This document shows positions 13,062 to 26,796 of a stretch of DNA of 64,000 bases, piece by piece. Position 1 is the stretch's first letter, and every line of letters begins with the position of its first letter. Source of the DNA: Eledone cirrhosa (lineage: Eukaryota); assembly GCA_964016885.1 (NCBI GenBank), contig OZ024741.1, positions 324,446,001-324,510,000 of the forward strand, in the 5' to 3' direction. The position numbers and the translations under genes are program-made. Under the pieces are notes generated by a model that saw nothing but the letters and a program-made list of their open reading frames with translations, was not told the DNA's origin and did not search any database.

Positions 13062-15930
13062 TGACATCCTAAATTTAGTGGTAGATGAGTTGAACAATGA
13101 TAGTGGGAGACCTATGAACCTAAGATTTGTAGACAGGAAAAAGTTAAAAGAAACAACAGCTAAGGTAAACAAAGTCATCCCATACCTTGAGGCGAGGAGT
13201 CTTCACCAGTGCAACAATATCCTCAAAGCAACAGCAAATACGGTGAGGAAACTACTTGGTATAAAAGCGAGAGGAAACAACAGACAAGAAAGAGCAGAGC
13301 CGTGGTGGAAGAAGCGACTGAGTGGGCAAATCGGGGAAATGAGAAATGACATAGGAAAGCTTGAGTCACTACTGAATGGGACACTAAAAAACATAGGCAC
13401 TAAAAATAGACTGGAAATAAAATACAAAACTAGGAGTAAAAAGCTAAATATTATCATAGAGGAATTGAAGCAACGCATTGTAGCAAAGAGTGCCAAAATC
13501 AGGCGATACGAGAACAGAGTCAGTCAGTATAAACAGAACCGCATGTTCGACAACAACCAGAAGATGCTGTTTGGACAGCTTGAGGGGAAAGAAAGAGGCA
13601 CCGACTTGATCCCTGGGGCGGAACAAGCTAAAACATTCTGGAGAGGAATATGGGAGCAGGATGTTAGACACAATGCCCAGGCAGGGTGGATTGAGACAGT
13701 ACAGAGGGAGATCGGTGAGCAGGCACAGCAACAGACTGATTTGAGTATCACAGTTGAAACTCTTAAGGGGCAAGCCAAAAAACTAACCAACTGGAAATCA
13801 CCAGGCCCAGATGGTGTGCAGGGGTATTGGATTAAACATTTAACATCCCTCCACCCGAAGCTGACGGCCATGTTCAATGACTGCTTGGTGTCGGGTGAGG
13901 TGCCAGAGTGGTTGACAAAAGGTACCACAGTTCTGATAATGAAAGACCGAATCAAGGGTAATGATGTTACCAACTATAGACCTATCACATGTCTGCCCGT
14001 AATGTGGAAACTGTTGACGAGCATTGTGTCTGAGGAAATCTACCATCACCTCCACACAAACAACTTGTTGCCGGACGAACAGAAAGGATGCCGAAAGAAG
14101 TCACGTGGTACAAAGGACCAGTTGCTTATTGATAAGATGGTAATGGGGAATTGCAGGAGGAGACACACTGATCTTGCCATGGGATGGATAGACTACAGAA
14201 AGGCATTTGACATGGTGCCTCATTCCTGGATCACCAAAAGCCTGGAGATCTTCAGGGTGGCAGATAACATCAGAGAGTTGCTGGGCAGGAGTATGGGGTC
14301 CTGGGAGACAGAGTTGACATCAACTGGAGTATCCTTGGGAAGCGTGAAGATCAAGAGAGGTATCTTCCAGGGAGATAGCCTGTCCCCTCTGTTGTTTGTC
14401 CTTGCCCTGATGCCCTTGACCATTATGCTGCGAAAAGTGAGAGCAGGATACAAGTTGGGAAGGGGAGAGCTTACCATCAATCACCTCCTCTTCATGGACG
14501 ATCTTAAGCTCTTCGGGAAAAGTGAGAAGGAGTTGGATGTGCTTGTTGACACTGTCCGTATTTTCAGCAGTGATATATGTATGCAGTTTGGTATTGGTAA
14601 ATGTGGAGTCATTGTGATGAGGAGGGGTAGGTTGAGCAGAAGTAACGGGATCCAGATACCAACAGGTGAGATGATAAAGGAAATTGACTCTGAGGAAGGA
14701 TACAAGTATTTGGGCGTTCTGGAGGCTGATGGCATAAAGAACAAAAAAATGAAGGAATTGTTAAGAACTGAATACATTCGGAGAGTAAGGAGCGTATTGA
14801 AGTCACATCTGAACAGCAGAAATGCCATAAGCGCAGTAAATTCCCGAGCTGTGTCTATTATTAGGTACAGTGCGGGAATTCTGAGATGGAATGTTGCTGA
14901 ACAAAAAGAAATGGATAGGAAGACTAGGAAGCTATTGACTATCTACAACATGTTCCACAAGAGGAGTGATGTCGATAGACTCTACCTAAGGAGATCTGAG
15001 GGTGGAAGAGGTCTTATCAGCATAGAGGACTGTGTTCAGATGGAGAAAAACAACCTATACAAATACGTGACCTATAGTAAGGAGCCAATGCTCAGAGCTG
15101 TACTGAAGGAGGGGAGAGTAGGCCAGGGGATACCCAAGGAGGAAATAACATCAAGGAGGAAGAGCAGCCTTAAGGGAAAATCCCTTCATAGTACCTTCTT
15201 TGAGAAAACTGAATTTAGAGATCCACAGACATGGAACTGGTTGAGAAGAGGAGACCTCAAAAAGGCTACAGAAGGAATGCTAATGGCTGCGCAGGAGCAG
15301 GCCCTCAAAACGAAGTGGTTGAAGCACCATATCTACAAGGAGGAGGCTAGCCCACTGTGCAGGATCTGTGGAGAGAGAGAGGAGACTGTGGCTCACATTG
15401 TGTCCGAGTGTAAACACCTAGCCCAGACCCACTATAAGGGCTGGAGACACGATGTGATGGGCAGGGTGATCCACTGGCACCTGTGCAAAGTAAACAATCT
15501 ACCACATTCTGAGAAATGGTATGAGCATAGGCCAGAGGCGGTGATGGAGAACAGTCAGGTGAAGGTGCTGTGGGATTTTAGGATACAGACGGACAAAAAA
15601 CTGGAACACAATAGACCTGACCTGGTGGTTGTGGACAAAGAAAAAAGATCGTGCCTGATTGTGGATGTGGCCTGCCCGTTCGACACGAGAGTGCAAGAGA
15701 AGGAGAGGGAGAAAATTAACCGATACCAGGACCTAAAGTGGGAGGTGAAAAGGATTTGGAACTGCCATGAAGTCAAAGTGATCCCGATTGTCATAGGCGC
15801 ACTGGGGACTATCTCCAAAGGTTTCCAGGGATGGTTAAAGAAAATCGGCCCCTTCACGCTTTTTGGAACGCTTCAAAAGGCATGCTTGCTTGGAACGGCA
15901 AGAACCCTCCGATACGTCCTGAATATCTGA
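13061..15930 (+). CDS. RT + CCHC knuckle + restriction-like endonuclease (uninterrupted but N-truncated)
   Basis: NWKSPGPDG, YRPITCL, WIDYRKAFD, GIFQGDSLSP, LFMDD, CRICGEREETVAHIVSEC, RHD, RPDLVVVD..VDVACP..EKINRY. The poly-Ile start in the ORF track is the microsatellite. Confidence 0.9.
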
Positions 15931-16004
15931 GGCTGCAGGTAGTGGCTTGATATTCAATCCAACGGACTTTCCAGTTAACCAACATCAATGACTGAGATTC
16001 AAGG
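13061..16004 (+). mobile_element. R4/Dong-type non-LTR retrotransposon, family A, 5'-truncated, in (AAT)n
   Basis: (AAT)n at 13008-13061 and 16005-16028. The 3' UTR is nearly identical to 30300-30373. Confidence 0.92.
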
Positions 16005-16028
16005 AATAATAATAATAATAATAATAAT

Positions 16029-16273
16029 GACTACTTATCGCAAATCCCAGGAAACCCGCGTATAGGAGAAATACAAAAGATAGTACTAATGGGAACTGCC
16101 CATATACTAAGGAAGATTCTGTCAATATAAGTACATCACAAGTCTAAACACTAAAGATGCATGTGTGAATATGTATGTTCTTTCTTGAACATGGCGGACC
16201 TTGTTGTCTCTTGAGGTCACTGGTTGTGACTTGGTGATAACTCGTATGAACATAAAGCAAGATAAATGCAACT

Positions 16274-16275
<2 letters not shown>
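16029..16275 (+). mobile_element. R4/Dong family B, very short 5'-truncated copy
   Basis: Nearly identical to 19150-19396; flanked by (AAT)n on both sides. Confidence 0.9.
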
Positions 16276-16359
<84 letters not shown>

Positions 16360-19251
16360 CACAAGACTAACATAATTCTCAAAAACATTATCATCACAAA
16401 CAAACTAAACATTACTGATTTAAATCATCTCTATTGTGCATCGGCTAAAGTCACCACTCACTTATGTGGAGTGAAGATGAAAAAACAAAGGTATTCCCAC
16501 AAGAAATCTACTTGGCAAGAGAACATCAATCGCCAAATAAACCTTCTCCGATCTGACATAGAAAGTTTAACAAACTATAAAGTAGGTGAACATGTTAAAC
16601 AAACTAAACTTAGAAAATTGAAAAAAAAGTACAGTATAAAATCAACATATGACATAGACATGCTGATAGAAATAATCAAGCAAAAAGTGTCGGCCAAAGC
16701 TGCTCGTATAAGGCGCTTTGAAAAACGATCTAGATTCTATAAGGACAATAATATGTTCAAAAACAACCAAAGAAACTTCTACAGAAAAATTGGTAAGTCA
16801 ACAATAACTGCTAAATCAATACCACCCAAGGAGGAAGTGCAAGAATTCTGGGAAAAGATCTGGGCCGAAGAAAAAGTTCATAACATACATGCCCCATGGA
16901 TAGACAGACGAATGAAAGATACAGCTCACCTTGAGGAACAAATATGGGAAAATATAACAGTTGAACAGTTGCGCTTGGCTCTAAGAAAAACCAGCAAATG
17001 GAAATCCCCAGGAAAAGACAAAATACAAAACTTTTGGATAAATGCCTTCACAGAGTTTCATGAGCTGTTAGCCCAACTTTACAATGAAATAGTTAAGGAG
17101 CCAGAAAAGATACCATCATGGCTAGTTAACGGCATTACATTCCTGCTTCCGAAGAATGAGTCAAACAATCCCAAAAATTACAGGCCGATAACTTGCTTGA
17201 CCACAATGTATAAAATTTTAACATCAGTCCTAACTGAATACACATATGACCACCTGATAACAAATGACCTATTTCCCATTGAGCAGAAAGGGTGTAAACG
17301 AGGCTCATATGGCTGTAAGGATCAGCTTCTGGTTAACAAAATGATACTGGAAGATTGTCATAATAGACACAAAAATCTATCGATTGCTTGGATAGATTAT
17401 AAAAAAGCATTCGATAGTTTGCCACACAGTTGGATTGAAAAATGTTTAGAGATTTTCAAAATATCCCCCGTTGTCAGGAGGTTTTTGTCATTCAGTATGA
17501 AGACATGGAAAACGACACTCCTTTTGAATAGTGAAACAAAATCACTGGAAGCTGGAGAAGTTAATATTAATTGTGGAATTTTTCAGGGTGACTCTTTATC
17601 ACCGCTTTTATTCTGCATCGCACTTATACCATTAAGTAAAATGCTCAATGAAACAAAACATGGATATAAAGTCTATGACAAAACCATTAATCACCTGTTC
17701 TACATGGATGACCTGAAACTATTTGCAAAAAATGATGAACAATTGCAAGGGCTATTATCCACTGTGAAGCAGTTCAGTGATGACATTAAAATGGAGTTTG
17801 GACTAGATAAATGCGCCAAAGCAACGTTCACCAGAGGAAAGCTGCTGAAAAGTTCAGACATTAATCTTGATCGGGGGAACGTGATAAGAGAACTTGATCA
17901 AGAAAAAACTTATAAATATCTAGGTGTTTGTGAAGGAGACGGAATCAAGCACTCGACAATGAGGGAAAGGATAAGGAAAGAATGTTACTGCAGAGTAAGA
18001 GCAATCTTAAGAACGGAATTGAATGCAAGGAATAGGATCGATGCCATAAACACGCTTGCCATACCAATAGTAACCTACAGTTACAATGTCATCAACTGGT
18101 CAAGCACAGAGATCCGTAGGCTCGATACAAAAATTCGAAAATTCTTAACCATGCAAAGAATGCATCACTCTAAGGCAGATATAGATAGAATATATCTCCC
18201 TAGGAAAGAAGGAGGACGTGGGTTAATCCAGTTAGACATTGCGTTGAAAACTGCAACAATTGGCTTATCTACATATCTAAGGGAATCACATGATTGGATG
18301 ATCAAACTCGTTTTGAAACACGAAAGCATCAAAAGATCATATTCCATTACAAAAGATGCACAAAGATACAGTAATGGACTACAAATTTCAGAAGTCCCAT
18401 TTACTGCTGAAATGGAAAACACAGAAAAAGCAAAGCAGGTAAAAGTAACTGCAAAGAAAGAACTGCTACAGAAACTGGCTAAGAAATGGCAAGAAAAGCC
18501 TCTGTATGGAAAATACCCAGAGCGAGCTAACAATCCTGATGTTGACAAAACTTTAATCCATCAGTGGTTGGCATCCTCTGGACTGAAATCGGAGACTGAA
18601 GGACTGATTATATCCGCACAAGATCAGTGTCTGCCAACAAAAAATTACCAAGCCAACATAATAAAAAATGGGTGCAGCCCATTATGCCGTGTATGCAAAA
18701 AACAACCAGAGACCATTGACCATATAATTTCAATGTGCAGTCCTATAGCTCCAACCGAATACCTAAACAGGCATGACAGAGCTGCACAATACATACATTG
18801 GATAATGTGTAAGCATTTTGACCTGCCCCATCAAAAGAATTGGTGGGAGCATCAACTACCTCCCATACTTGAAAAAGATCACATCTCAATCTTGTGGAAC
18901 TTTAGCATCCAAACAGACCGAAAAATAGATGCAAATAGACCTGATATAATATTGAAGGACTTTCAAAAGAGGGTATGCCTGCTAATTGATATGTCTGTTC
19001 CAATAGACAAGAATGTATCTATAAAAACATTTGAAAAATTGAGCAAGTATAAGGACCTGGAGATAGAAATTGGAAAAATGTGGAAATTGAGAACTAAAAC
19101 AATACCAGTGGTTGTAGGCGCTCTGGGAATGATACCTAAGGGGTCTAATGATTACTTATCGCAAATCCCAGGAAACCCGCGTATAGGAGAAATACAAAAG
19201 ATAGTACTAATGGGAACTGCCCATATACTAAGGAAGATTCTGTCAATATAA
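16360..19251 (+). CDS. RT + CCHC + RLE endonuclease (uninterrupted, N-truncated)
   Basis: KWKSPGKD, YRPITCL, WIDYKKAFD, GIFQGDSLSP, FYMDD, CRVCKKQPETIDHIISMC, RHD, RPDIILKD..IDMSVP..EKLSKY. Confidence 0.9.
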   Translation, partial: HKTNIILKNIIITNKLNITDLNHLYCASAKVTTHLCGVKMKKQRYSHKKSTWQENINRQINLLRSDIESLTNYKVGEHVKQTKLRKLKKKYSIKSTYDIDMLIEIIKQKVSAKAARIRRFEKRSRFYKDNNMFKNNQRNFYRKIGKSTITAKSIPPKEEVQEFWEKIWAEEKVHNIHAPWIDRRMKDTAHLEEQIWENITVEQLRLALRKTSKWKSPGKDKIQNFWINAFTEFHELLAQLYNEIVKEPEKIPSWLVNGITFLLPKNESNNPKNYRPITCLTTMYKILTSVLTEYTYDHLITNDLFPIEQKGCKRGSYGCKDQLLVNKMILEDCHNRHKNLSIAWIDYKKAFDSLPHSWIEKCLEIFKISPVVRRFLSFSMKTWKTTLLLNSETKSLEAGEVNINCGIFQGDSLSPLLFCIALIPLSKMLNETKHGYKVYDKTINHLFYMDDLKLFAKNDEQLQGLLSTVKQFSDDIKMEFGLDKCAKATFTRGKLLKSSDINLDRGNVIRELDQEKTYKYLGVCEGDGIKHSTMRERIRKECYCRVRAILRTELNARNRIDAINTLAIPIVTYSYNVINWSSTEIRRLDTKIRKFLTMQRMHHSKADIDRIYLPRKEGGRGLIQLDIALKTATIGLSTYLRESHDWMIKLVLKHESIKRSYSITKDAQRYSNGLQISEVPFTAEMENTEKAKQVKVTAKKELLQKLAKKWQEKPLYGKYPERANNPDVDKTLIHQWLASSGLKSETEGLIISAQDQCLPTKNYQANIIKNGCSPLCRVCKKQPETIDHIISMCSPIAPTEYLNRHDRAAQYIHWIMCKHFDLPHQKNWWEHQLPPILEKDHISILWNFSIQTDRKIDANRPDIILKDFQKRVCLLIDMSVPIDKNVSIKTFEKLSKYKDLEIEIGKMWKLRTKTIPVVVGALGMIPKGSNDYLSQIPGNPRIGEIQKIVLMGTAHILRKILSI

Positions 19252-19394
19252 GTACATCACAAGTCTAAACACTAAAGATGCATGTGTGAATATGTATGTT
19301 CTTTCTTGAACACGGCGGACCTTGTTGTCTCTTGAGGTCACTGGTTGTGACTTGGTGATAACTCGTATGAACATAAAGCAAGATAAATGCAACT

Positions 19395-19396
<2 letters not shown>
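16360..19396 (+). mobile_element. R4/Dong family B, 5'-truncated, in (AAT)n
   Basis: (AAT)n at 16276-16359 and 19397-19447; 3' UTR 19252-19396. Confidence 0.92.
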
Positions 19397-19448
<52 letters not shown>

Positions 19449-19690
19449 TTTTCTTTATTAACCACAAGGGTTTACATAAAGTAGACATTAAGGACAGAAC
19501 AGGACAATACAGGACGGTACAAATGGGCATTTCTGCGTGTAAAAAAACAGAGGATGTAATAAAATAACAAAGAAAAATTCCCCAATAAGGGGGAGACTTC
19601 CGAGGGACATTTGTGGAGAAAGCCCATTAAAAGACAACAGTGACCCTGACCACCAGGGCAAGTGCCCTCTCCCAGTTTTCCACCTTTAAT

Positions 19691-22600
19691 TTACAGAAAC
19701 ATACTCAGAGAAGGCCCATTCATTCGGGCCATACTTGCTTCTCTCACCCATCTTTCAACAAAATGCTGGGAAGAGAGCACTTCCCTCTCTACTCTGATTT
19801 TCCTTTTCAAATGAAATTTGAAAAAGTTAATCAGGGCATCACCGAAGAGGTAAGTGCTCGTCTTCAGCCCTTTCAAACGTGTCCACCATACTATCTCTTT
19901 CGCCATGGCCACCAGACAGATAAAAGCTGCCTGCCCTTCCCGGCTAAAGGAAGAGGGCGGGGCAATCCTCACGATGGACTCAGCTGATAGCTGGATCCGT
20001 CCTACACGTGACAGCAGGTGTTCGACATAAACCCACAAGTCAGCAATGCTCGGACACTGGACGAGTGCGTGCAGGACGGTTTCGTCACCCTGTGCGCATC
20101 TCGGACATGCCCGGCTGACGGCACCTCCATGCCTGTAGAGTTTATCCCAAACTGGCAAAGCACCCCGGTAGAACTGCCAGGCCAGGGATTTCTGGAAGTT
20201 GTCCATAGGCCCCGGCCCGAAAGTCCTTCCGAAGGGATTGGCTAGTTGATTTTCGTTGACGCCTAGAGTTTCTCCAAGTACGTCGTCGCTCTTACCCTCC
20301 ACTAATCCCCTATAGAACGCCGAGGTGGAGTTTCCACCGATCACATTGCCCGATTGGTCGAGGGCTGTGAGCGCCTGAAGACATTCCAGTCTCCAAGCGC
20401 TCCCTCTCGGTCTTCGCTTGACCCAGGACTGCAGCTCGGTCAAGGAGACGAGCTGGGGAAAAACGTGTCTAGCAAAGGGCGACCACACCTGATCACCGTC
20501 GAGGAAGAGGTGGAGATGTCGTAGCCTGAGCGCGTGTCTGCGCATCATCAGCCACGGTATGCCCAGCCCTCCACGTAGCGGGTGTTGACAACAGATGGAC
20601 CGCCTGACCATCGGAGCGCATCCCTTCCACAAGAAGCGAAAGAGCAAACGCTCCAGCGCAGTCAGGCGGGGCTTAGGACAAGGTACGACGGTCAGGCGGT
20701 AGTAGATGACGGACGCGAGTACGCGTTAGCCACCTCCGCTCGACCTTTCAGGGATAGCTTCTTCTCGGCCCATTTCTGGGTGAGAGAAGCCACCCTGCTC
20801 GTCACCTCGTCCCAGTTTTTGTCCGTCTGGAGGTCTGGACCGAACCAGACCCCTAGCAATTTAACCGGTCCGTCCGTCCAGCGCCCGACGACGCTGTTGG
20901 ACGGCATGGACCTGCCTCTCCAGGTGCCGAGCTGCAGGCCCACTGACTTTTCCTGGTTGATCATTGCTGCTTTCACCGCTTCGTATTCTCTTAGTGTAGT
21001 GCCGATCGCCTCGATGTGTTTGGCGTTCGACACCACTACGGTGACATCGTCCGCATATGCTGACACGGATCTTCCGCATCCTAGTTCGTGCGGGACCCCC
21101 CCTCAACGTCTCCAGTTTGTGCAGTAATGGCTCGAGAGTCAATACGTACAAGAGTGACGAGAGGGACATCCTTGGCGGACCGAGTGTATGATGTTGAACG
21201 GTTCCGAAAGGTGACCGTTCACTCTCACCACAGAGCAGATGTCGCTGTGCATGGCAGAGATCCACCCTCTGAAGACGAGCCCAAAGCCAGCCGCCCTCAG
21301 GACTGCCGCTAGATAACGATAGTCGACCCTATCGAAAGCTTTCGACTGATCTAAATTTCTCAAAGATCCACCCGTGCCAGGTTCCCTAGCTACCCTCTCT
21401 ACGTGTATTGCATAAGGTGGAGGTTTTCGTGGATGGATCTGTCGGGAATGGCGCATGTCTGCGCCTCTCCCACCATACCACCAACGACAAGCGCCAACCT
21501 CTTTGCTAGCACCTTGGCTAAAATCTTGAACTCTGCGTTTAGCAGAGTTATGGGCCTAAAATTATCTATGTTATCCCCCTTATTCGGATCCTTTCTCAGC
21601 AGCCCCACCGCTCCTCGGCTCACAGAGCTGGGAATTCTCCTGTTCTGTTGCCAGTTGCAGTAGACGTCCGCCAAGAGGCCTCCGAACAAGTCTGGCATGT
21701 GTACGTAAAGTTCATAGGGCAGACCATCCAAACCAGGTGATTTACCCCTTGTGCAGCCAGTCATTGCCTCCCGTACTTCAGCGGCTGTTATCGGCTTTTC
21801 GCAACACTCCGCCTCAGTAGCTGAGAGCCGCGGCAGTCCGTCGAAGTAGATACTAAAGTCCATCCCTCGATCCGGCCCGCCGCTGCCCCCGAACAGTTGA
21901 GCGAAGTGTCGCTGAAAAGCTTCACACATTTTCCCGGGATCGAGTAGCATGCGCCCGTCGTGGTCCACCAAAGACCGGATCGTGGTTTGTTGCCACGACG
22001 CGCCTCCGCCACTCGGGCCCATTGAACGGCTTTCGTCCCCTCGTGTCTGAGAGCACGCACCCTAGCTCTGACAACACAGCCTTCGTGCTTTGCATTGAAG
22101 AATTGGTCAAGGGCCAATTTCGCTAAAAGTACGTCGGTCGCGATGCCTTTGCAAAGCGCCTCGTCTAATTTTCTAACTAGTTCTCCCTCTGCTCTATTTT
22201 TCTCTATTGCTAAAGCCTTACTAAACCTAATGGATTCTATTCTAATCGCTCTTTTCAGAGCAAACCACCACTTGTTGTTGACGATGGCCCCCGTCAGCGC
22301 CCGCGTAACTAGTTCGCTAATCCGGTCTCTGTAGGCCTTGCGCGCTGGTAAGGACGCGTTTAGCTTCCAGTAGCCGGGTCCTCGTCTATGAAGCCTATCT
22401 AAGTCATGCACACAGAATACGAATTTGTGGTCCGTGTAGCTGACTATCTTGAATTGTGGACAGCCTATGCTAGACCTATCTATTTCACTATAAAATACTC
22501 TATCTAGATATGATCTGGATGACCTTATGCGATTTGTCCAAGTTCACATTGGCACATTCGGGAAATCCAATCGGTACCTGTCAGACAGTTCAAAACGCCT

Positions 22601-23104
22601 GAGCAGGTTGGTGAGGCTCTTGCACCCTCCACCCCTATCCGCTAATCCCACACAGTCCCAGCGTGCATCTAAGATCCCGTTCCAGTCGCCCACTAACACT
22701 AAAGAGCGGGACGTTCCAAGAAAGGTCTCCAGACGGAAGAAATCAGGCCGCCCTGCTCCTGTCGGAGCATAGACGGCCACTAGCCTGAAAGCTTGCCCGT
22801 CTCCGCTGGTCACGTCCAGCACCACCAGCTTACCCTCTGGGTCCCGGAAGATGGCCCGTATGGCGAGATCCAAAACTCTCCGAAAAAGCACAGCAACTCC
22901 TCCCCCCGATCCAGGACGGCTGGGAGATCCGTACACATCGTAGCCGCCGAAGATCGGTGCCAAGTCCCGTGCTTCGGAGATTCTGGTCTCGCTGATGGCC
23001 ACTACATCTATGTTTAGTGACCTGAGGTCGTTGAGCAGGTGACCCTGCTTCCATGACGACCACAAGCCACGCGCATTTATGCAGCCTATTCTGAGTGAGT
23101 TCAT
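19691..23104 (-). pseudogene. Tx1-like ORF2: APE endonuclease - RT - C-terminal Zn finger, several frameshifts
   Basis: CINARGL, SET, VAVYAP, GDWN; GPGYWKLN; KSPGLDGLPYE; FRPITLLNAEFKIL; LDQSKAFDRV; RQGCP; YADD; CPRCAQGDETVLHALVQC. Spread over about seven ORF pieces. Confidence 0.9.
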
Positions 23105-23139
23105 GTTTAAAATAGAGTTTAAAAGATGGGAAAGACCAC

Positions 23140-24871
23140 TTACCGTACTTTTCGTAGAGGAGGGATGGTTTTTACATCCCTTTTCACTTGATCGTCTGGT
23201 GAAGGAACCGTTGAATCGTCCCTTCGGCTGGTCGTCGGCTCTTCTATGAGTATGTCCGAATATACTCTTCGATTGATAGTTCCTACTAGGTCCCTGAAAT
23301 CACCAACTGCGTTGGGGAATTTCGTTTTAATGTTTGTGTATTGTTTCTGTGCTATTTTTAGCAGTCTTATGTTAGTTGGCGTTTTGATTGGTGCTGGTAT
23401 TATGTAGTCGTGTTGTGAAATGTCTGTGTGTTCAATTATGTAAGTCATTAGTTTCTTGTTGTGTGTATTTATTGCCGTGTATTTGTTTTTCTGGGGCTGG
23501 GGTGTGGTTCTGCTATTTTCTTGTCGTTGTTGCTGGGTGTGTGTGTTTTGTTGTTGTGTTTGCGATGTTGGTGCTTGTGGTGGTGGTGTTGAAGGTGTTG
23601 TTGTTGTTGGCGGTGGGGTTGTCGCCGGTGCTGATAGTGGTGCTAGTGTGGGTGGTGATGGTGTTGGTGGTGTTGCTGCTGTGAGTCTCTTTGCAGTAGA
23701 CTTTACCCTTTTCTCATTTCTTTCCTCCCTTTTCAAAGGCGACGATGCGCTGCTTCTGCGTTTGTGCCTTCTTACGACCTTTTGCCATCCCTCTCCCACC
23801 TCACACTCCATGTCTGATTCTGTGAGGTCGGGGAGGGGTACCAGCTCCACTCTTTCACTTGTTGTTGTTGGTGATGCTTGCACTGGAGTCTCTGTTGCAG
23901 CTGCATTTGGTATTGCTGTTGTTGTTGTTAATATTTCCACTGCTGCTGCTGTTTTTGATTTCCGTGGCGTGGGTATGGGTGCCACGGACCTATCGTTCCT
24001 GGTTGCCGCTTGTCCTGCTGCTGGTAGCCGTGGAGCCGGTTTCGGAAGGAGGGGGGTTTTCTCCTTTCTCAGGGTCTTCTCGTTGCAGAAGTCCCTGAGG
24101 TGAGTCTTCGATCCACAGCGAAAGCATTTCGGGCGTTTGCCCTCAACACTTATGGGCAGTTGAGTGCCGTTATCGAAGTCTATCACATCCGGTATAGCTT
24201 CGATGCACTCCTGGTTGGGTTGGATTAACATCTCAATGGAGGTGCCGACCCAATCTTCTCTTACTTTTTTCTGTACTTGCAGTACAGTTGTTTTGTCCTC
24301 GATTCCGACGAGGACAGACGCGGCCAGCCAAGAAGGGGCCATCCCGGGAGGGACGTGGGTCAGTTTGACCCTCACAATTTTTTGCCCGCAGTAGGAGGGC
24401 ACCAACACCATTTCCTCGCTCCTTAAGGTCACTACGGATTGAGCCTTTGCCTCCTGGGGTGTGGCAAAAAGTACGTCTACGGTGGCATATTTTTTGCCTC
24501 GGGTGATGTGCGTTTTCCGCTGCCACACAGACCCCAAGGCTTTTTGTATTTGAGCCTCTGTGGCTCTTTCAACCCTACGGGATTTTGTACTTACTGTACG
24601 GTACGTGACCGTACAGTGCTGTTGGGTTTCGAAAAATGTTTCCGCTGCCTTGCAGATTGCTCGGTGTCCAGTCTTTGTCACCATCTTCTTCGCTTCCTCT
24701 AATTCCTCATTTGTTATGAGGATTGTTTCCAGGTTCTTCGCGATACCTGCAAACGAGATTGGTTTTTCTTTGCTGCTGTTGTTGTTGTTGTTGTCGTCAG
24801 AGCTGCTGTTACTTTTGTTGTTGCTGCAGGTACTACGACTACTGCCGCCTCCACTGTTGCTGTGGTTGTTG

Positions 24872-24910
<39 letters not shown>

Positions 24911-25182
24911 TTGTTGCTGTTGCTGCTAATGCTGTTGTTGCTTATGCTGCTGCTGATGCTGTTTCGGCTGCTACTGTTGTTTTCCTTGTCACTGTTGCTG
25001 CTGCTGCTGTTATTACGGCTGCTACTGCTATTATTCATGACGTCAGACGAATGAAATGGGTTTTCGTATTTACCGCACACCTTTTTCGTCATTGTCGTCG
25101 TCGTGGAGAAATGTTCCATGATTTTCACGTGATTTTTCTTGACTGGCGTCGCTTGCGAAAGAGAAGGGAGGGAGAGAGACAC
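23140..25182 (-). CDS. Tx1-like ORF1 (gag-like, single CCHC knuckle, Asn/Ser and Pro/Thr-rich tracts)
   Basis: 680-aa open frame directly upstream of ORF2, with CFRCGSKTHLRDFC. Start codon uncertain. Confidence 0.82.
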
Positions 25183-25510
25183 ATTTTAGAGAATGGAGGG
25201 AGAGAGACAATCTTCTCTCTGCTGTAGTGACGATTGAGGAAGAAGAAGACGGAATGATTGGGAGTGACCTATGAAAATTCTTTTTCGTGGCCATGTTTTT
25301 TTTTTTGTTTAAAATAAATATTGGGCACAAAACCCCAATAAGCAGTTATTTAACCGCGAAGGGCCAAATAACGGGCAGAAAGACCCCTCTCACGAGGAGG
25401 AGGGTGTTTTTGTCTACAATTTGGTTAAAGTTTTAAACAATTTACAATTATTATAGCGGTCAAAATTTACAATACCTTACAGAGCCGAGCCTCCGTCAAC
25501 CATGGCATTC

Positions 25511-26553
<1,043 letters not shown>

Positions 26554-26796
26554 ATAATAATAATAAAATAAAATAAAAAAATCAAGAAACCAAAAATCAA
26601 AAAAAAAAAATCAAAGCAGCGCAGCATCAACGAAAAACGTAAAGAAAAGAAAAATGAAAAGGAAAACAAACAGACAGACAGAGAAGGGTAGGGAAAAACT
26701 AAGTCAGACATTCAAACATTACATTACAATGAAACTTATGCTTATTCTTTTTTTTTTTTACCTCTTTGTTTGTTTGTTTATTTATGTTCATCTACA

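Larger units (their letters stand above)
19448..25510 (-). mobile_element. Full-length Tx1-like (L1 group) non-LTR retrotransposon inserted in (AAT)n
   Basis: 5' UTR, ORF1, ORF2 and a 3' UTR ending AATAAAGAAAAC-(ATT)n. Microsatellite on both sides. Confidence 0.9.

Noticed and set aside
23388-25227. Plus-strand Val-, Leu- and Cys-rich ORFs
   Set aside because: Antisense shadows of the low-complexity Tx1 ORF1.
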